Positions 38,730 to 48,514 of a stretch of DNA of 64,000 bases are shown here, one piece after another (positions within the stretch are counted from its first letter, which is position 1; every line of letters starts with the position of its first letter). The stretch covers positions 62,001-126,000 of the IMG/VR virus record IMGVR_UViG_3300027834_000005; one strand, written 5' to 3'. Made by a program: the position numbers and the translations under genes. The notes below the pieces were generated by a model. That model saw only the letters and a program-made list of their open reading frames with translations. It had not been told where the DNA came from and did not search any database.

Positions 38730-38977
38730 ACATGAACTGAAGGGAGAATACCCTACACTACAATCGTTTGATTGGTTCATGGCAGGTAAGTGTCCGGTTC
38801 GATTCCGGTTGACGTATGATATCATATCCTATGATGTTACGTGCTTTTAGGAACTGCAAGCCATCGGTGGTGACTCAAAAGGTCGATGATCCCGCTAGCA
38901 ACGTACTGCTTCAGAAGTGATACTGTTATGTGCTTTGTAGCCTTCGGGCGGTAAAGAGTACATAGCGATTATCATTA
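38730..38977 (+). ncRNA. Candidate structured ncRNA upstream of tRNAs
   Basis: Promoter 38696-38724; several hairpins, a T-loop-like ccggttcgattccgg and a cUUCGg-capped long stem. Confidence 0.45.
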
Positions 38978-38978
38978 C

Positions 38979-39055
38979 GCGCTTGTAGCTCAGCTGGATA
39001 GAGCATCCGCCTTCTAAGCGGAGGGTCATTGGTTCGAATCCAATCAGGCGCACCA
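38979..39055 (+). tRNA. tRNA-Arg(UCU)
   Basis: Cloverleaf GCGCTTG/CAGGCGC, anticodon loop CT-TCT-AA, GGTTCGAATCC, encoded CCA. Confidence 0.95.
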
Positions 39056-39077
39056 CATTAACACACGGATAAATACA

Positions 39078-39236
39078 ATGCAAGTACTAACAGCAATAGC
39101 TTTTACAATAGCAATATTAGTTGTGGCATTGATATCCATCTCGTTATGTAATACTTCTCTATACTTCATGAATAGAAGACGCGCTACTAAAGCGGGTAAG
39201 AAAGTAAGAGAGAAACTTTTAGGGCCTATAGCATAG
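39078..39236 (+). CDS. Small membrane peptide between tRNAs
   Basis: 52 aa, TM plus basic tail; overlaps the 5' end of the second tRNA. Confidence 0.4.
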   Translation: MQVLTAIAFTIAILVVALISISLCNTSLYFMNRRRATKAGKKVREKLLGPIA

Positions 39237-39298
39237 TCGGTTAATGCGTTCGACTCATAATCGAGGGAGGTGCGGTTCGAATCCGCGTAGGCCCACCA
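39222..39298 (+). tRNA. tRNA with CAU anticodon, probably Ile2 (lysidine)
   Basis: GGGCCTA/TAGGCCC, loop CT-CAT-AA, C4/C5 acceptor pairs typical of TilS substrates, CCA. Confidence 0.85.
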
Positions 39299-39358
39299 AA
39301 CAGTCCAGTTAGCTATCTGGTCATGACAAAAATAGCATCCATCCTCTACTCAAGGGGC

Positions 39359-39393
39359 AAAAGGGCATTAAGTTAATCTTTCTGCCCTTTTTT
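39359..39393 (+). terminator. Terminator after tRNAs
   Basis: aaaagggca...tgccc followed by a T-run. Confidence 0.6.
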
Positions 39394-39465
39394 ATTGCCT
39401 GCCTATTGACAACACATCTCACAATGCTATTATGGTTACACATTAAACGTTCTGAGGGGAACACG

Positions 39466-39834
39466 ATGGATAATACATTTATCACTAGCGCAGATTACAA
39501 CGGCCTCACATTAGCCACTCACCGCGAAGAGACGATACATGACCTGTCTTATCGCGTAAAGAATTCTAGGGGTAACACTCTGTACAAGGTGAGAGATAAC
39601 TTCGAGGCAGCGATTAAGTGGATAGACAAGAACGCCGCCCGTGTACGTGTAGCTGACGAATATTTTATCAAGAAAGATTCCCCCGAAATACTTTATACCT
39701 GCTCTGTGCTCCCGAATGACGATTGTGTCATCGAGTGGTATGATAGCAACAACTCATTACATACAGAGAGTATGAGCGGAATTGAGTTTGACCGAGTTTA
39801 CTACAAAAACAAAGACTATGAAGTTTTATCATAA
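39466..39834 (+). CDS. Hypothetical early protein
   Basis: Family-1 leader. Confidence 0.75.
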   Translation: MDNTFITSADYNGLTLATHREETIHDLSYRVKNSRGNTLYKVRDNFEAAIKWIDKNAARVRVADEYFIKKDSPEILYTCSVLPNDDCVIEWYDSNNSLHTESMSGIEFDRVYYKNKDYEVLS

Positions 39835-39892
39835 GTCCTTGACAATACATCTCACAATGCTATTATGGTTACACATTAACGGAGCGCATACC

Positions 39893-40219
39893 ATGAAGAC
39901 CGGAACTAAACTATTCGCAGTAACAGACCAACATGTAATTATCCCTCTAGTGGTAACATCGTTAGCGACAAGAGAGGACTACACTAAGGCCGTGACTGAG
40001 ATCGTTGGTGAGTCCACTAGCCATGCCCAATGCCATCACGAAACATACTTCATGTCTATGTGGTTAGAAGAAGACGGAAGCATAGACAAGGCTAACGTAT
40101 TCACGGACGTAGAGCAAGCCAAAGTGTATGCTATCGAGAGAGTGGATATGGCATTAGCTACTATCAACAGACAAATCTGCTCATTGGGCAATCAAAGAAA
40201 TAAGTTAGAAAACACTTGA
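39893..40219 (+). CDS. Hypothetical early protein
   Basis: Family-1 leader. Confidence 0.75.
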   Translation: MKTGTKLFAVTDQHVIIPLVVTSLATREDYTKAVTEIVGESTSHAQCHHETYFMSMWLEEDGSIDKANVFTDVEQAKVYAIERVDMALATINRQICSLGNQRNKLENT

Positions 40220-40276
40220 CTCCAAACGTAACCATGCTATTATGGTTACACATTAACAAGTTCTGAGGAGAACACT

Positions 40277-40609
40277 ATGAACACTGCAACTTTATTACAT
40301 GGTTCATTTCGCGTTGGTCGTTTCAAGCACACTACATCTAAGCGTGCTGTTAACGTAGCATGTCACGTAGGTAACATCAACGGTGAGTCTAGTTTCTTCT
40401 TCACCCGTGATGGTGCGCCCGTGTTCATTCCTAGCAATGAGCTATTGAATGACTGGGAGCAGATCGAAGAGCACAAAGGTATGTGGTCTACTATCCGTCC
40501 GTGTAGCAAGCGTACTTTCTCACAAGTGAAGACGTTAGGTCAAGTCATGGAATCGTCCGCACCTGTAAAGCGTGAGAAGTTAAGCTTAAAGAAAAAAGAA
40601 TTAGTATAA
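40277..40609 (+). CDS. Hypothetical early protein
   Basis: Family-1 leader. Confidence 0.75.
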   Translation: MNTATLLHGSFRVGRFKHTTSKRAVNVACHVGNINGESSFFFTRDGAPVFIPSNELLNDWEQIEEHKGMWSTIRPCSKRTFSQVKTLGQVMESSAPVKREKLSLKKKELV

Positions 40610-40673
40610 ACACTTGACATTGTGTGTAGCCATGCTATTATGGTTACACATTAAACGTTCTAAGGGGAACAGT

Positions 40674-40784
40674 ATGAAATTTTTAGCCGGTATCGCAGTA
40701 GGTGTATTCTTGTCACCAATCTTATTACCTCTGTTCTTCTTTGCCATTGGTACAATCAGTACAGCAGGCAGAATCATTTTTTAA
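40674..40784 (+). CDS. 36-aa hydrophobic peptide
   Basis: MKFLAGIAVGVFLSPILLPLFFFAIGTISTAGRIIF behind family-1 promoter and RBS. Confidence 0.65.
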   Translation: MKFLAGIAVGVFLSPILLPLFFFAIGTISTAGRIIF

Positions 40785-40835
40785 GATAGCACATCTAAAT
40801 GCCATTTTTAAGTCACATTTTTAAATGGCATTATT
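40784..40835. repeat. 13-bp-period repeat array, copy 2
   Basis: agatagcacatct aaatgccattttt aagtcacattttt aaatggcattatt. Confidence 0.7.
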
Positions 40836-40889
40836 GACTTTCAATCCTGAATGACATACCATGTATATATTACATACGAGGATACACCC

Positions 40890-41135
40890 ATGGCCACACA
40901 AGTATTAAGCGTTAGGCAGATAGATGATGCGCTATGCGACCCAATCATGGTAGCGTCTTATCGTAAAGAACGCCACTTCGTTAGACTATCTTTTGATCCA
41001 CGTGATTGTAAGTTTGCTCTGGCCTATGGTATCACTCGCCTCAAGCAAGACTTTAAGTCATTCAAGCATGACGAGAAAGAAGCAGCCGTCACCATGTACA
41101 ATGATTTAGTGGAGAAATACAATGCCAGCATTTAA
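40890..41135 (+). CDS. Hypothetical early protein
   Basis: GAGGA RBS. Confidence 0.7.
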   Translation: MATQVLSVRQIDDALCDPIMVASYRKERHFVRLSFDPRDCKFALAYGITRLKQDFKSFKHDEKEAAVTMYNDLVEKYNASI

Positions 41136-41379
41136 AGCGAAAGATACCAAAGTACTTGAGCTAGCCAATCAAGCAATCAGTCAGTTCTGTAAAGAGACTG
41201 GAGTCATGGAGCCAACCGCTGGCTACGCTAATATATTGAGACGTGAATTAATTCATATCTTACTACAACAAGATGCCGCTACAAAAGCAGCTATCCTTGC
41301 TGACGCCACGGGCGGTGATGCAGACAGTTACCCAACCCTAACACAAACAATCAATAATTGTCAAGGCGGACTCGTTTGA
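41122..41379 (+). CDS. Hypothetical protein
   Basis: GGAG RBS. Confidence 0.65.
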   Translation: MPAFKAKDTKVLELANQAISQFCKETGVMEPTAGYANILRRELIHILLQQDAATKAAILADATGGDADSYPTLTQTINNCQGGLV

Positions 41380-41386
41380 GTTCGTT

Positions 41387-41402
41387 TGTTTCACGTGAAA
41401 CA
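41387..41402. promoter_or_regulatory. parS site (ParB binding)
   Basis: TGTTTCACGTGAAACA, perfect consensus. Confidence 0.85.
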
Positions 41403-41407
41403 TTGTA

Positions 41408-41516
41408 AACGATAATCATTCTCATTAGGGGATAGCGGACAGGAGTAGTGTTTATCTTCGCCTCCTCCAGCGCCTCTATCTGTAACCATTATACATCTCC
41501 CCCATTACATAGCAAG
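41408..41516 (-). ncRNA. Non-coding cassette B
   Basis: -10 at 41488-41493(-); core 41440-41451; Fur-like box 41408-41426; parS follows. Confidence 0.55.
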
Positions 41517-41611
41517 CATTTTATTCATTTAATTTAATTCATTATTCGCTTGACTTCACATGAGCTTAGAGTAGAATGGGAACCATATTAAATAGTTCTG
41601 AGGGGAACAAC

Positions 41612-42364
41612 ATGATAAACCAAGACACCATGAAAGCAATGATCAATCTATTCGGTAGACTACGTCCATTCGATTTACGTGATGCACGTGAAGATAGAGT
41701 TAACGCAGTCATGTGGTCAATCATTGAAGCATTCAACTGGAACGCCAATGGTAACGAAAACATTACGCAAATCCAACGTGCCATGATTAGCCACTTCGAC
41801 AACGACCTAATGTTACGCGCCTGTAAGTTTGCACGTGAGCGTATCTCCGAACTACACACTCATGCGTTCGATGCGTGTACGGTTGGCGGTGATGACTCAT
41901 ACAACGACTGCGTATCTCATGCTGTAGGTATGGGCGAAGACTATTTCAATAAAGCAATGGCAAATCCAGCCATTCTTAACAGCCTAGATTATAAAGAATC
42001 GTTTAGTTATGTATTATTCAGTGAGGCGAGCGATTTTGAAAAGTTTGATACACACTATCACAAACAACAAGCGTATATGCTTTGGGGTCAACTAAACTTC
42101 CACCACGACAGCTACAAGTCGGATAATGCTGGATTATGGGCAAAACTAGCAGTGCGCTTTGATGACGTGCTGGGTGCAATTGGTGAACAAAACGACACAC
42201 CAGATATGGACGCACTATGGTTAGCCGTTGGTGACTTGCAGAATAGAGAAGTATACAGTGAGCTATCTGGTTTCTGCTATAGCTATCCTAACATTCTTAA
42301 GGATATGGCCGAGTACTTGTTTGACTGGGACAAGCAAAAGAATACACAAAAAGAATTGTTTTAG
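41612..42364 (+). CDS. DUF4240-like protein
   Basis: GGDDSYNDCVSHAVGMGEDYFNKAMANP resembles the DUF4240 motif. Confidence 0.55.
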   Translation: MINQDTMKAMINLFGRLRPFDLRDAREDRVNAVMWSIIEAFNWNANGNENITQIQRAMISHFDNDLMLRACKFARERISELHTHAFDACTVGGDDSYNDCVSHAVGMGEDYFNKAMANPAILNSLDYKESFSYVLFSEASDFEKFDTHYHKQQAYMLWGQLNFHHDSYKSDNAGLWAKLAVRFDDVLGAIGEQNDTPDMDALWLAVGDLQNREVYSELSGFCYSYPNILKDMAEYLFDWDKQKNTQKELF

Positions 42365-42427
42365 TAGTTGACAACGAGTGTGACCGTGCTATGATGGTCA
42401 CACATTAAACGTTCTGAGGGGAACAAC

Positions 42428-42892
42428 ATGGCAGACCAAACGAATACATTAGTTATCAATCTTGGCGGCGACGAGCTTAATGATGAAGATAAGCGCATGT
42501 TATGCAACAACGTTGATTTTGCATTGGAACAGCAACGCTCTGAGGGTATGTTATCTACCAACCTAAGCCATGATGCTAATGGCGATCAGAAAGCGATTGA
42601 CTGGATAGACGTTGACTTCTTTACTCCAGCTCCTCCTAAGTCTAACACACTAACGGACGATAGCAAGTTCAAAGTATTCCAAAAAACATCTGGTCACTTT
42701 TTGACCGAATGTGTACCTGATAACTGGAATGATCTTGATGATACAGAATCGGATGATTTCTTAACTTCTCACTTAACCAGCGACTTAGAACATCACACAG
42801 CTAGCGATGTTTATAGCTTGATTGAAGACGCCGCCACTGTTACAATAGAGCTTATTGAAAGCAACACATTAACCTTTACTGAGGAGAAGTAA
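42428..42892 (+). CDS. Acidic hypothetical protein
   Basis: Family-1 leader; D/E-rich. Confidence 0.75.
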   Translation: MADQTNTLVINLGGDELNDEDKRMLCNNVDFALEQQRSEGMLSTNLSHDANGDQKAIDWIDVDFFTPAPPKSNTLTDDSKFKVFQKTSGHFLTECVPDNWNDLDDTESDDFLTSHLTSDLEHHTASDVYSLIEDAATVTIELIESNTLTFTEEK

Positions 42893-42893
42893 G

Positions 42894-43139
42894 ATGGGCG
42901 ATAAAAACTATGCAGTATTCGACATGTCCCGTGAGAACCAATTTGACGATGGTAATGGCAACGGCGTATCTCTTGAAGATCACGTCAGGTATGTAGACAA
43001 TTACATGGGGACGCCAGACTGCGGTATCTTCTGTGATACCTTAGCAGAAGCTTTTGAAGAAGCCAAGATGTTTAAGGAAGGCGCTGGCATTGTTGACCTT
43101 GAAGAAGGTAGCATTGTAGAAGTAACAGAAGCACAATAA
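42894..43139 (+). CDS. Acidic small protein
   Basis: GAGGAG RBS. Confidence 0.7.
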   Translation: MGDKNYAVFDMSRENQFDDGNGNGVSLEDHVRYVDNYMGTPDCGIFCDTLAEAFEEAKMFKEGAGIVDLEEGSIVEVTEAQ

Positions 43140-43207
43140 AACACTTGACGCCACTGTTATCCTATGCGATGATGGTGGTCTATTCAATAATAACTCTGGG
43201 AAGCAAC

Positions 43208-43894
43208 ATGAAAAAGCCATACGGATTCAAGCGAGCCTTTGCCTCGTTATCACTCTTACTCGTGCTAGTCATGCCATCTATTGCAATGGCAACCAACTGC
43301 GCATCACAAATCAATAACATCTCCGACCTACCCGACATTGCCAAGCAACAAATGATCGTAGAGTGCGAACAGAACAAGCTTAACGATGTGCGCAGTATCG
43401 TAGAGCCTGATATGTCCGCTGATGAAGCTGCTGACATGGCACAGAAGTGGGCGGGTGTAGCTAATGCGTTCCTCGGTGCAATCAATACGGTGGCCAAAGA
43501 CTTAGGCGTAACCATTAACGAATTCTTACCCACGCCAGCCGGTATACTTACCGCTGTCCTTATCACATGGGAAGTTATGGGCGATGACATAGGCGAGGTG
43601 GTTTCGTCAGTGGTTGGATGTAGTGCTTTCGTTATCCTCGGTTTCATTGTACTTAACATGGGCAGACGTTACTGTAAACGTCAACTTGTAACCAAAACAG
43701 AAACAGTACTCATTAAGGGCTGGTTTGGTAGAGAGAAACATGTACAGAAGGACACTTATTGTTCAATTAATGAACTAGACAGACACGGTGGCGGCAGTGA
43801 TTCTCCCTCGGATCACTCATGGTACTACATTACCGTACTGGTTACAACCGGAATAGGTCTGTCGTGTATCGCTATCGGTATTTTACAGTTATAG
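43208..43894 (+). CDS. Membrane protein
   Basis: Signal peptide plus about 3 TM segments. Confidence 0.75.
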   Translation: MKKPYGFKRAFASLSLLLVLVMPSIAMATNCASQINNISDLPDIAKQQMIVECEQNKLNDVRSIVEPDMSADEAADMAQKWAGVANAFLGAINTVAKDLGVTINEFLPTPAGILTAVLITWEVMGDDIGEVVSSVVGCSAFVILGFIVLNMGRRYCKRQLVTKTETVLIKGWFGREKHVQKDTYCSINELDRHGGGSDSPSDHSWYYITVLVTTGIGLSCIAIGILQL

Positions 43895-43917
43895 AATAGT
43901 CCGATTACATACCAAAC

Positions 43918-43942
43918 AAAAGCCACTCTTTAGTGGCTTTTT
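43918..43942 (+). terminator. Terminator
   Basis: aaaagccact-cttt-agtggcttttt. Confidence 0.7.
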
Positions 43943-43997
43943 CTGTTGACAGCGATTATACATTGTGTATAATGATACTCATCAACTGGAGAAGACC

Positions 43998-44651
43998 ATG
44001 CCAAACATAACAGCAATAGCAAAAGACATAGCATCAGTGATGATCACAGCAGAGACTGCAATGGGCAGTAGTGATTTAGGCGACTACTTACATGAGTGCG
44101 TAACTGACGAGTATTGGGGTATCAAGCTAAAGGCAGCAGCCAAGCCATGCCAAGACCTCATTGATAAGTGTTTAGCCATAGGTGCTATCAGTAACGACTC
44201 TAGTGTATGGATTGGGGACGCTGACGCCTATATCTGGGTAGAAGAGATTAAACCAACTAAGAGCTACCATACATTACGCCATGCACTAATCATCAAGAAC
44301 GTAGTGACGTGCGCAGAGAACAATGTATTCATCTATGATCTTGACAGTATGGATGATGATTTCTCAGCTACGTTCCATTGTGTGGCGGTAGAAGACTCCG
44401 AAGAAGTAATGCGCTATAATCCGCGCCAGTTCAATGATAACCGTGATTGGGAAAAAGCCACGCTCAAGACTTACCGCGACCATAACTTTACTTTTGGCTA
44501 TCGTGACTGCCGTGATAGAGGACATAGCTTCTTACTAAAGCATGGTTCATGTGAGAAGGCAACACCTCATGAAGTAAGATTTGCCTTACGTGAACTTATG
44601 TGGGCGTATAATTCCATAGTAGAGGCAGAAGATTACACGAAAAAGAACTAA
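43998..44651 (+). CDS. Hypothetical early protein
   Basis: Promoter and GGAGA RBS. Confidence 0.75.
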   Translation: MPNITAIAKDIASVMITAETAMGSSDLGDYLHECVTDEYWGIKLKAAAKPCQDLIDKCLAIGAISNDSSVWIGDADAYIWVEEIKPTKSYHTLRHALIIKNVVTCAENNVFIYDLDSMDDDFSATFHCVAVEDSEEVMRYNPRQFNDNRDWEKATLKTYRDHNFTFGYRDCRDRGHSFLLKHGSCEKATPHEVRFALRELMWAYNSIVEAEDYTKKN

Positions 44652-44678
44652 AAATAGCTTGACTTTTGAATCGTATCA

Positions 44679-44709
44679 TGTTATTATAACAGCTTCTGTT
44701 ATAATAACA
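44679..44709. repeat. Perfect 14-bp inverted repeat over the -10 box of the mom-like promoter
   Basis: tgttattataacag-ctt-ctgttataataaca. Confidence 0.7.
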
Positions 44710-44756
44710 GTTTATAAATTAGTTTACAGCATAGTCTAGGTGTGTTATAATAGCGC

Positions 44757-45380
44757 ATGATTAAATATACTGTAGAACAAATAGAAAGAAAAGATTGCGA
44801 ACCATACATAATAGGTATACACTACGCCAAACGATGGCCAAGTATCTCCTATGCGTATGGTTTATTTGCTGATGGCGACCTATGCGGGATTGTATCATAC
44901 GGCACACCACCTAGCGCACCACTCAAGCGCGGCATAGCAGGAGACGATTATAAGGATAAAATCCTTGAACTCAATCGATTATGCTTACTCCACAACAGAA
45001 AGAACGAAGCCAGTATACTTGTAGGCCAAAGCCTCAAGATGCTACCAAGGAATCGTATCATTGTATCTTTTGCCGACATAAGCCAAGGTCACACAGGCAC
45101 AGTATACCAAGCAACCAATTTTACATACTGCGGACTAAGCGCCAAGCGTACTGACTGGAAGGTGAAAGGCAAGGAACACTTACACGGCCAAACCATAGCA
45201 GACGAGTTCAGAGGCGTAAAGAACAGAGCACAGGCAATGCGCGACAAGTACGGTGATGACTTCTATCTGGCACCACGCCCACGTAAACATAGATACATCT
45301 ATTTCTGTGGTGGGAAGAACTTTAGAAAACATGCCATACGCGCACTAAAATATAAAGTAGAAGATTATCCCAAAAAGTAG
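44757..45380 (+). CDS. Mom-like (GNAT-fold) DNA adenine modification protein
   Basis: HYAKRWPS, LELNRL, IVSFAD..QGHTGTVYQATNF.YCG, RKHRYIYF. Confidence 0.75.
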   Translation: MIKYTVEQIERKDCEPYIIGIHYAKRWPSISYAYGLFADGDLCGIVSYGTPPSAPLKRGIAGDDYKDKILELNRLCLLHNRKNEASILVGQSLKMLPRNRIIVSFADISQGHTGTVYQATNFTYCGLSAKRTDWKVKGKEHLHGQTIADEFRGVKNRAQAMRDKYGDDFYLAPRPRKHRYIYFCGGKNFRKHAIRALKYKVEDYPKK

Positions 45381-45449
45381 TTGACATTAAATGTGACCAT
45401 GCTATTATGGTCACACATCAAACGAAACAAGTTCTGAGGGGAACACATC

Positions 45450-46019
45450 ATGGGCTATACAACTGAATTTACCGGCAAAATCGAAATCGTACCAGCTCTT
45501 AATGAGACTGAAATTAAGTACATCCAGCAATTCAATGACACACGTCGTATGGAACGTACCAACGGTGCATACTTTGTTGGCGGCACTGGCATGTGTGGTC
45601 AAGGTCAAGACGATGATATCATCAATTACAATCAGCCACCACAAGGCCAACCATCACTGTGGTGTCAGGTAACATGTTCAGACGATGGTAAGTATTTAGA
45701 ATGGGACGGCGGCGAGAAAGCATATAGCATGGAAATCTGGATGCTTTATATCATTAAACACTTCTTAGGTAAAGACCCAATTGCTAGACAGGTAAACAAA
45801 TCTTTTGGCTTCCTTAAAGGTCACATGCTTAATGGTACGCTAGCAGCCGAAGGCGAGAGCCACGATGATAACTGGCAGATCAGCGTTATTGATAACGTAG
45901 TGTACAAGCAAGAGCACGACGAAAGCAAGCTAGGTTTAGGCGAACTGGTACAGGTTGAACTTGAAGTAGGGCAACTGGCACTATCTAACTCACCCACCGG
46001 ATTATTAGAACACAGTTAA
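45450..46019 (+). CDS. Conserved phage hypothetical protein
   Basis: MGYTTEFTG..PSLWCQ..WDGGEK motif familiar from phage hypotheticals. Confidence 0.75.
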   Translation: MGYTTEFTGKIEIVPALNETEIKYIQQFNDTRRMERTNGAYFVGGTGMCGQGQDDDIINYNQPPQGQPSLWCQVTCSDDGKYLEWDGGEKAYSMEIWMLYIIKHFLGKDPIARQVNKSFGFLKGHMLNGTLAAEGESHDDNWQISVIDNVVYKQEHDESKLGLGELVQVELEVGQLALSNSPTGLLEHS

Positions 46020-46069
46020 GGCGGCGATTAAGTAGCGCCTTATATACTCAGACGAATTCATAAGCCTTT

Positions 46070-46098
46070 GCCCATCCCTAAAAAAGATGGGCTTTTTT
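46070..46098 (+). terminator. Terminator
   Basis: gcccatc...gatgggc followed by T6. Confidence 0.65.
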
Positions 46099-46162
46099 GT
46101 GTCTTACCTATTGACATTGTGTGTGTAGCACGTATAATTATCACATAACTAAGGGGCACGCC

Positions 46163-46699
46163 ATGAACATTCCATTATTTGATAAATTCCAAGCGCTAGT
46201 AGTAGAACATTACAATCCCAAACACATGCCCCTTACTAATTACCCTCGCGGTGATTGGGTAGACGACGAAACATTCATCTCCATAGCAGAAGGTTACTTG
46301 ACGTGGTTAGACAAAAACCTAGAGCGTTTAGTGGACAATGTAACCGCCATATATGAAGCAACTGGCTACGAGTCTGGATATTCCGCGCTAACCGAGAACT
46401 TATTATGGAAGCGTGAGATTATAATAGATCACCCTGAAAGAGCATACAGCCGTGAGAGTATAAAAGGCAACATATTAGAGAAGTCATTATCGCCATTATA
46501 TCACTTGTATCAGAATAAAGCATGGGGTAAGCGTGAGAAGTCAGAGAGGTTCGGGTTCACTGGCTCACTAGTAACATCTTCACTGAACGTAGAAGTAGAA
46601 GAAAGCGTCAGGCGAGGTAAGATGGACGTGTCTTATTCTTTCCATATTAGCATGAGTATTGGCAGTACTCACAGAGGCGTTATAGAAATAGCAGAATAA
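46163..46699 (+). CDS. Hypothetical early protein
   Basis: Promoter duplicated at 46703. Confidence 0.75.
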   Translation: MNIPLFDKFQALVVEHYNPKHMPLTNYPRGDWVDDETFISIAEGYLTWLDKNLERLVDNVTAIYEATGYESGYSALTENLLWKREIIIDHPERAYSRESIKGNILEKSLSPLYHLYQNKAWGKREKSERFGFTGSLVTSSLNVEVEESVRRGKMDVSYSFHISMSIGSTHRGVIEIAE

Positions 46700-46757
46700 A
46701 CCTTGACTTTGTGTGTGTGTAGCACGTATAATGATTACATCAACTAAGGGGAACACC

Positions 46758-47288
46758 ATGCAAGTAGCCATTTGGAACAACGATAAAGTCGAAGGCGAAA
46801 CATACGCTGAAGTACAAGAGAACGAAAAGGAAGAGAAAGGCACAGTGTCCTCTGTCCTTACACTACCAACAAATTCGATGTATGTCTTAAAGGATATACT
46901 GGAAGCTGTCTATAACGAAACTGACATTAGTCTGAAATGGGAAATCGTTGGTGATGTTGCGCCAGTAACACTACCAAAAGTTACCGATTTGCCAGTGCCC
47001 AACTTCATCAATGTTGAGCGTAATAACCGCAACGCTGCCATCGAGTTCATTAACGGTAGCTTAGCAAGAGCCATACTCAGTAAGATGAATAGCACTAACG
47101 TACGTCCTAAAGACGGCAAGTTCCACACTAGCATGAAAGATCCTGACGTGTCAAAAGAAGTTCTAGTCATCGTTAAGGAAATGGCTAAGGTGCTAGGCTA
47201 CACACTATCAGATAGCCACGATGGTGGCGGCATGTTCTACGTATTAGCCATTCAATGGCAAATAGATCTTGACACGCTAGAAGACTAG
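46758..47288 (+). CDS. Hypothetical early protein
   Basis: AAGGGGAAC RBS. Confidence 0.75.
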   Translation: MQVAIWNNDKVEGETYAEVQENEKEEKGTVSSVLTLPTNSMYVLKDILEAVYNETDISLKWEIVGDVAPVTLPKVTDLPVPNFINVERNNRNAAIEFINGSLARAILSKMNSTNVRPKDGKFHTSMKDPDVSKEVLVIVKEMAKVLGYTLSDSHDGGGMFYVLAIQWQIDLDTLED

Positions 47289-47325
47289 CGGTATTATAAC
47301 CACACACTCACATAGGGATACAATC

Positions 47326-47631
47326 ATGGCTAAGATGCAGATAATTACATGTTTATGTGGGTGTGGCGGTAAGAAAGCAGTACGCCAAGCTGATATTGAT
47401 CGCGGCTGGGGATTGTACTACAGTAAGCGCTGTAAGGCTAAGCACCAAGCCCAAGGGTTTAAGTCTCCAACCGCCAACAAGAAACGTTCTGTTAAGCACG
47501 ATAAGTATGACAGACAGTATACCAAGGGCGGTGTAGCAACTACATGGTATTTTGGTTCTGATCAAGAACACGACGACCTGATGGATGAAGCCGAAATGGG
47601 CTGGGATGCACACAAGGATATCACGTTATGA
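47326..47631 (+). CDS. Zn-finger-like phage protein
   Basis: CLCGCG..ADIDRGWG.YYSKRCKA. Confidence 0.7.
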   Translation: MAKMQIITCLCGCGGKKAVRQADIDRGWGLYYSKRCKAKHQAQGFKSPTANKKRSVKHDKYDRQYTKGGVATTWYFGSDQEHDDLMDEAEMGWDAHKDITL

Positions 47632-48125
47632 CTATCAATGCAACTATAAATTTTAAGCTTGATCTGTATGGCGATAATACGCATAGTTTCCTATCTAGGA
47701 TAGATATTTTATCTTACCCTCAAAACAAAGATATATGCGACATAATACGCGAGTATATCAGAGATGGCTTGACAGTAGAGTGCGAATACGTTAATGACAT
47801 TGACGGTCTATATGAGTACTACGTCCCTATATACTTTGAAGACGTGAAGCCAGAAGAGCTAAGCGATATAGCTATGAAAGCAGCTGATTCTATAGCTGAA
47901 GCGGTAGCAAGTTTTAAGAGCGAGTACCACGTTGATGAGTACTACAAAATATACGAACGCTTCGAGAAAGTATACACCGACTACATGATAGATGGCGAAA
48001 CTGTAATGTATGAGCGTTTGGCTGGCAAGGGGTATCGTCTGAGAAACTGGCAGAATGCAGAGAGCTATCTATATACACGTTTATTTTGCAAAAAGACCTT
48101 GACGCCACGTTCAGAGCTGGTATAG
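47628..48125 (+). CDS. Hypothetical protein
   Basis: ATGA coupling. Confidence 0.7.
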   Translation: MTINATINFKLDLYGDNTHSFLSRIDILSYPQNKDICDIIREYIRDGLTVECEYVNDIDGLYEYYVPIYFEDVKPEELSDIAMKAADSIAEAVASFKSEYHVDEYYKIYERFEKVYTDYMIDGETVMYERLAGKGYRLRNWQNAESYLYTRLFCKKTLTPRSELV

Positions 48126-48150
48126 TAGACACATAACTAAGGGGAACACT

Positions 48151-48315
48151 ATGAACATTGAACACTTCGTAAACGGCAAGAGCACAGGCACTATCACTCC
48201 AGACACCAAAGCATGGCGTGATCATTCCATCAACTTCCAAGCACGTAGTGATGCTCACTACCAACCATCGCGCCCGTCTAAAGTGACGTTTGTTGAGGTG
48301 CCGCGCAATGCCTAA
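48151..48315 (+). CDS. Small hypothetical protein (54 aa)
   Basis: AAGGGGAAC RBS; MNIEHFVNG. Confidence 0.6.
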   Translation: MNIEHFVNGKSTGTITPDTKAWRDHSINFQARSDAHYQPSRPSKVTFVEVPRNA

Positions 48316-48508
48316 TCTAATCGCATGTGTCGTGATGGCACTCTGTTTATTATTCAATCTAGTGCGCTGGTTAATGCTACCAGAGGACATACGCCTAGCT
48401 ATTGACATATTCATGCTGTTTGTTTTCGTGGAACTTTTTTTGACTTTCTGCTTCTTAATGAATTTTGATAAAGCTAAGAAATATATCTCGAAGTACTGCC
48501 GATCATAA
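48308..48508 (+). CDS. Small membrane protein
   Basis: Two hydrophobic segments. Confidence 0.55.
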   Translation: MPNLIACVVMALCLLFNLVRWLMLPEDIRLAIDIFMLFVFVELFLTFCFLMNFDKAKKYISKYCRS

Positions 48509-48514
48509 CAGTCT

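Noticed and set aside
38785-38812. Third tRNA
   Set aside because: Only a T-arm-like hairpin is present; no acceptor or anticodon stems could be built.
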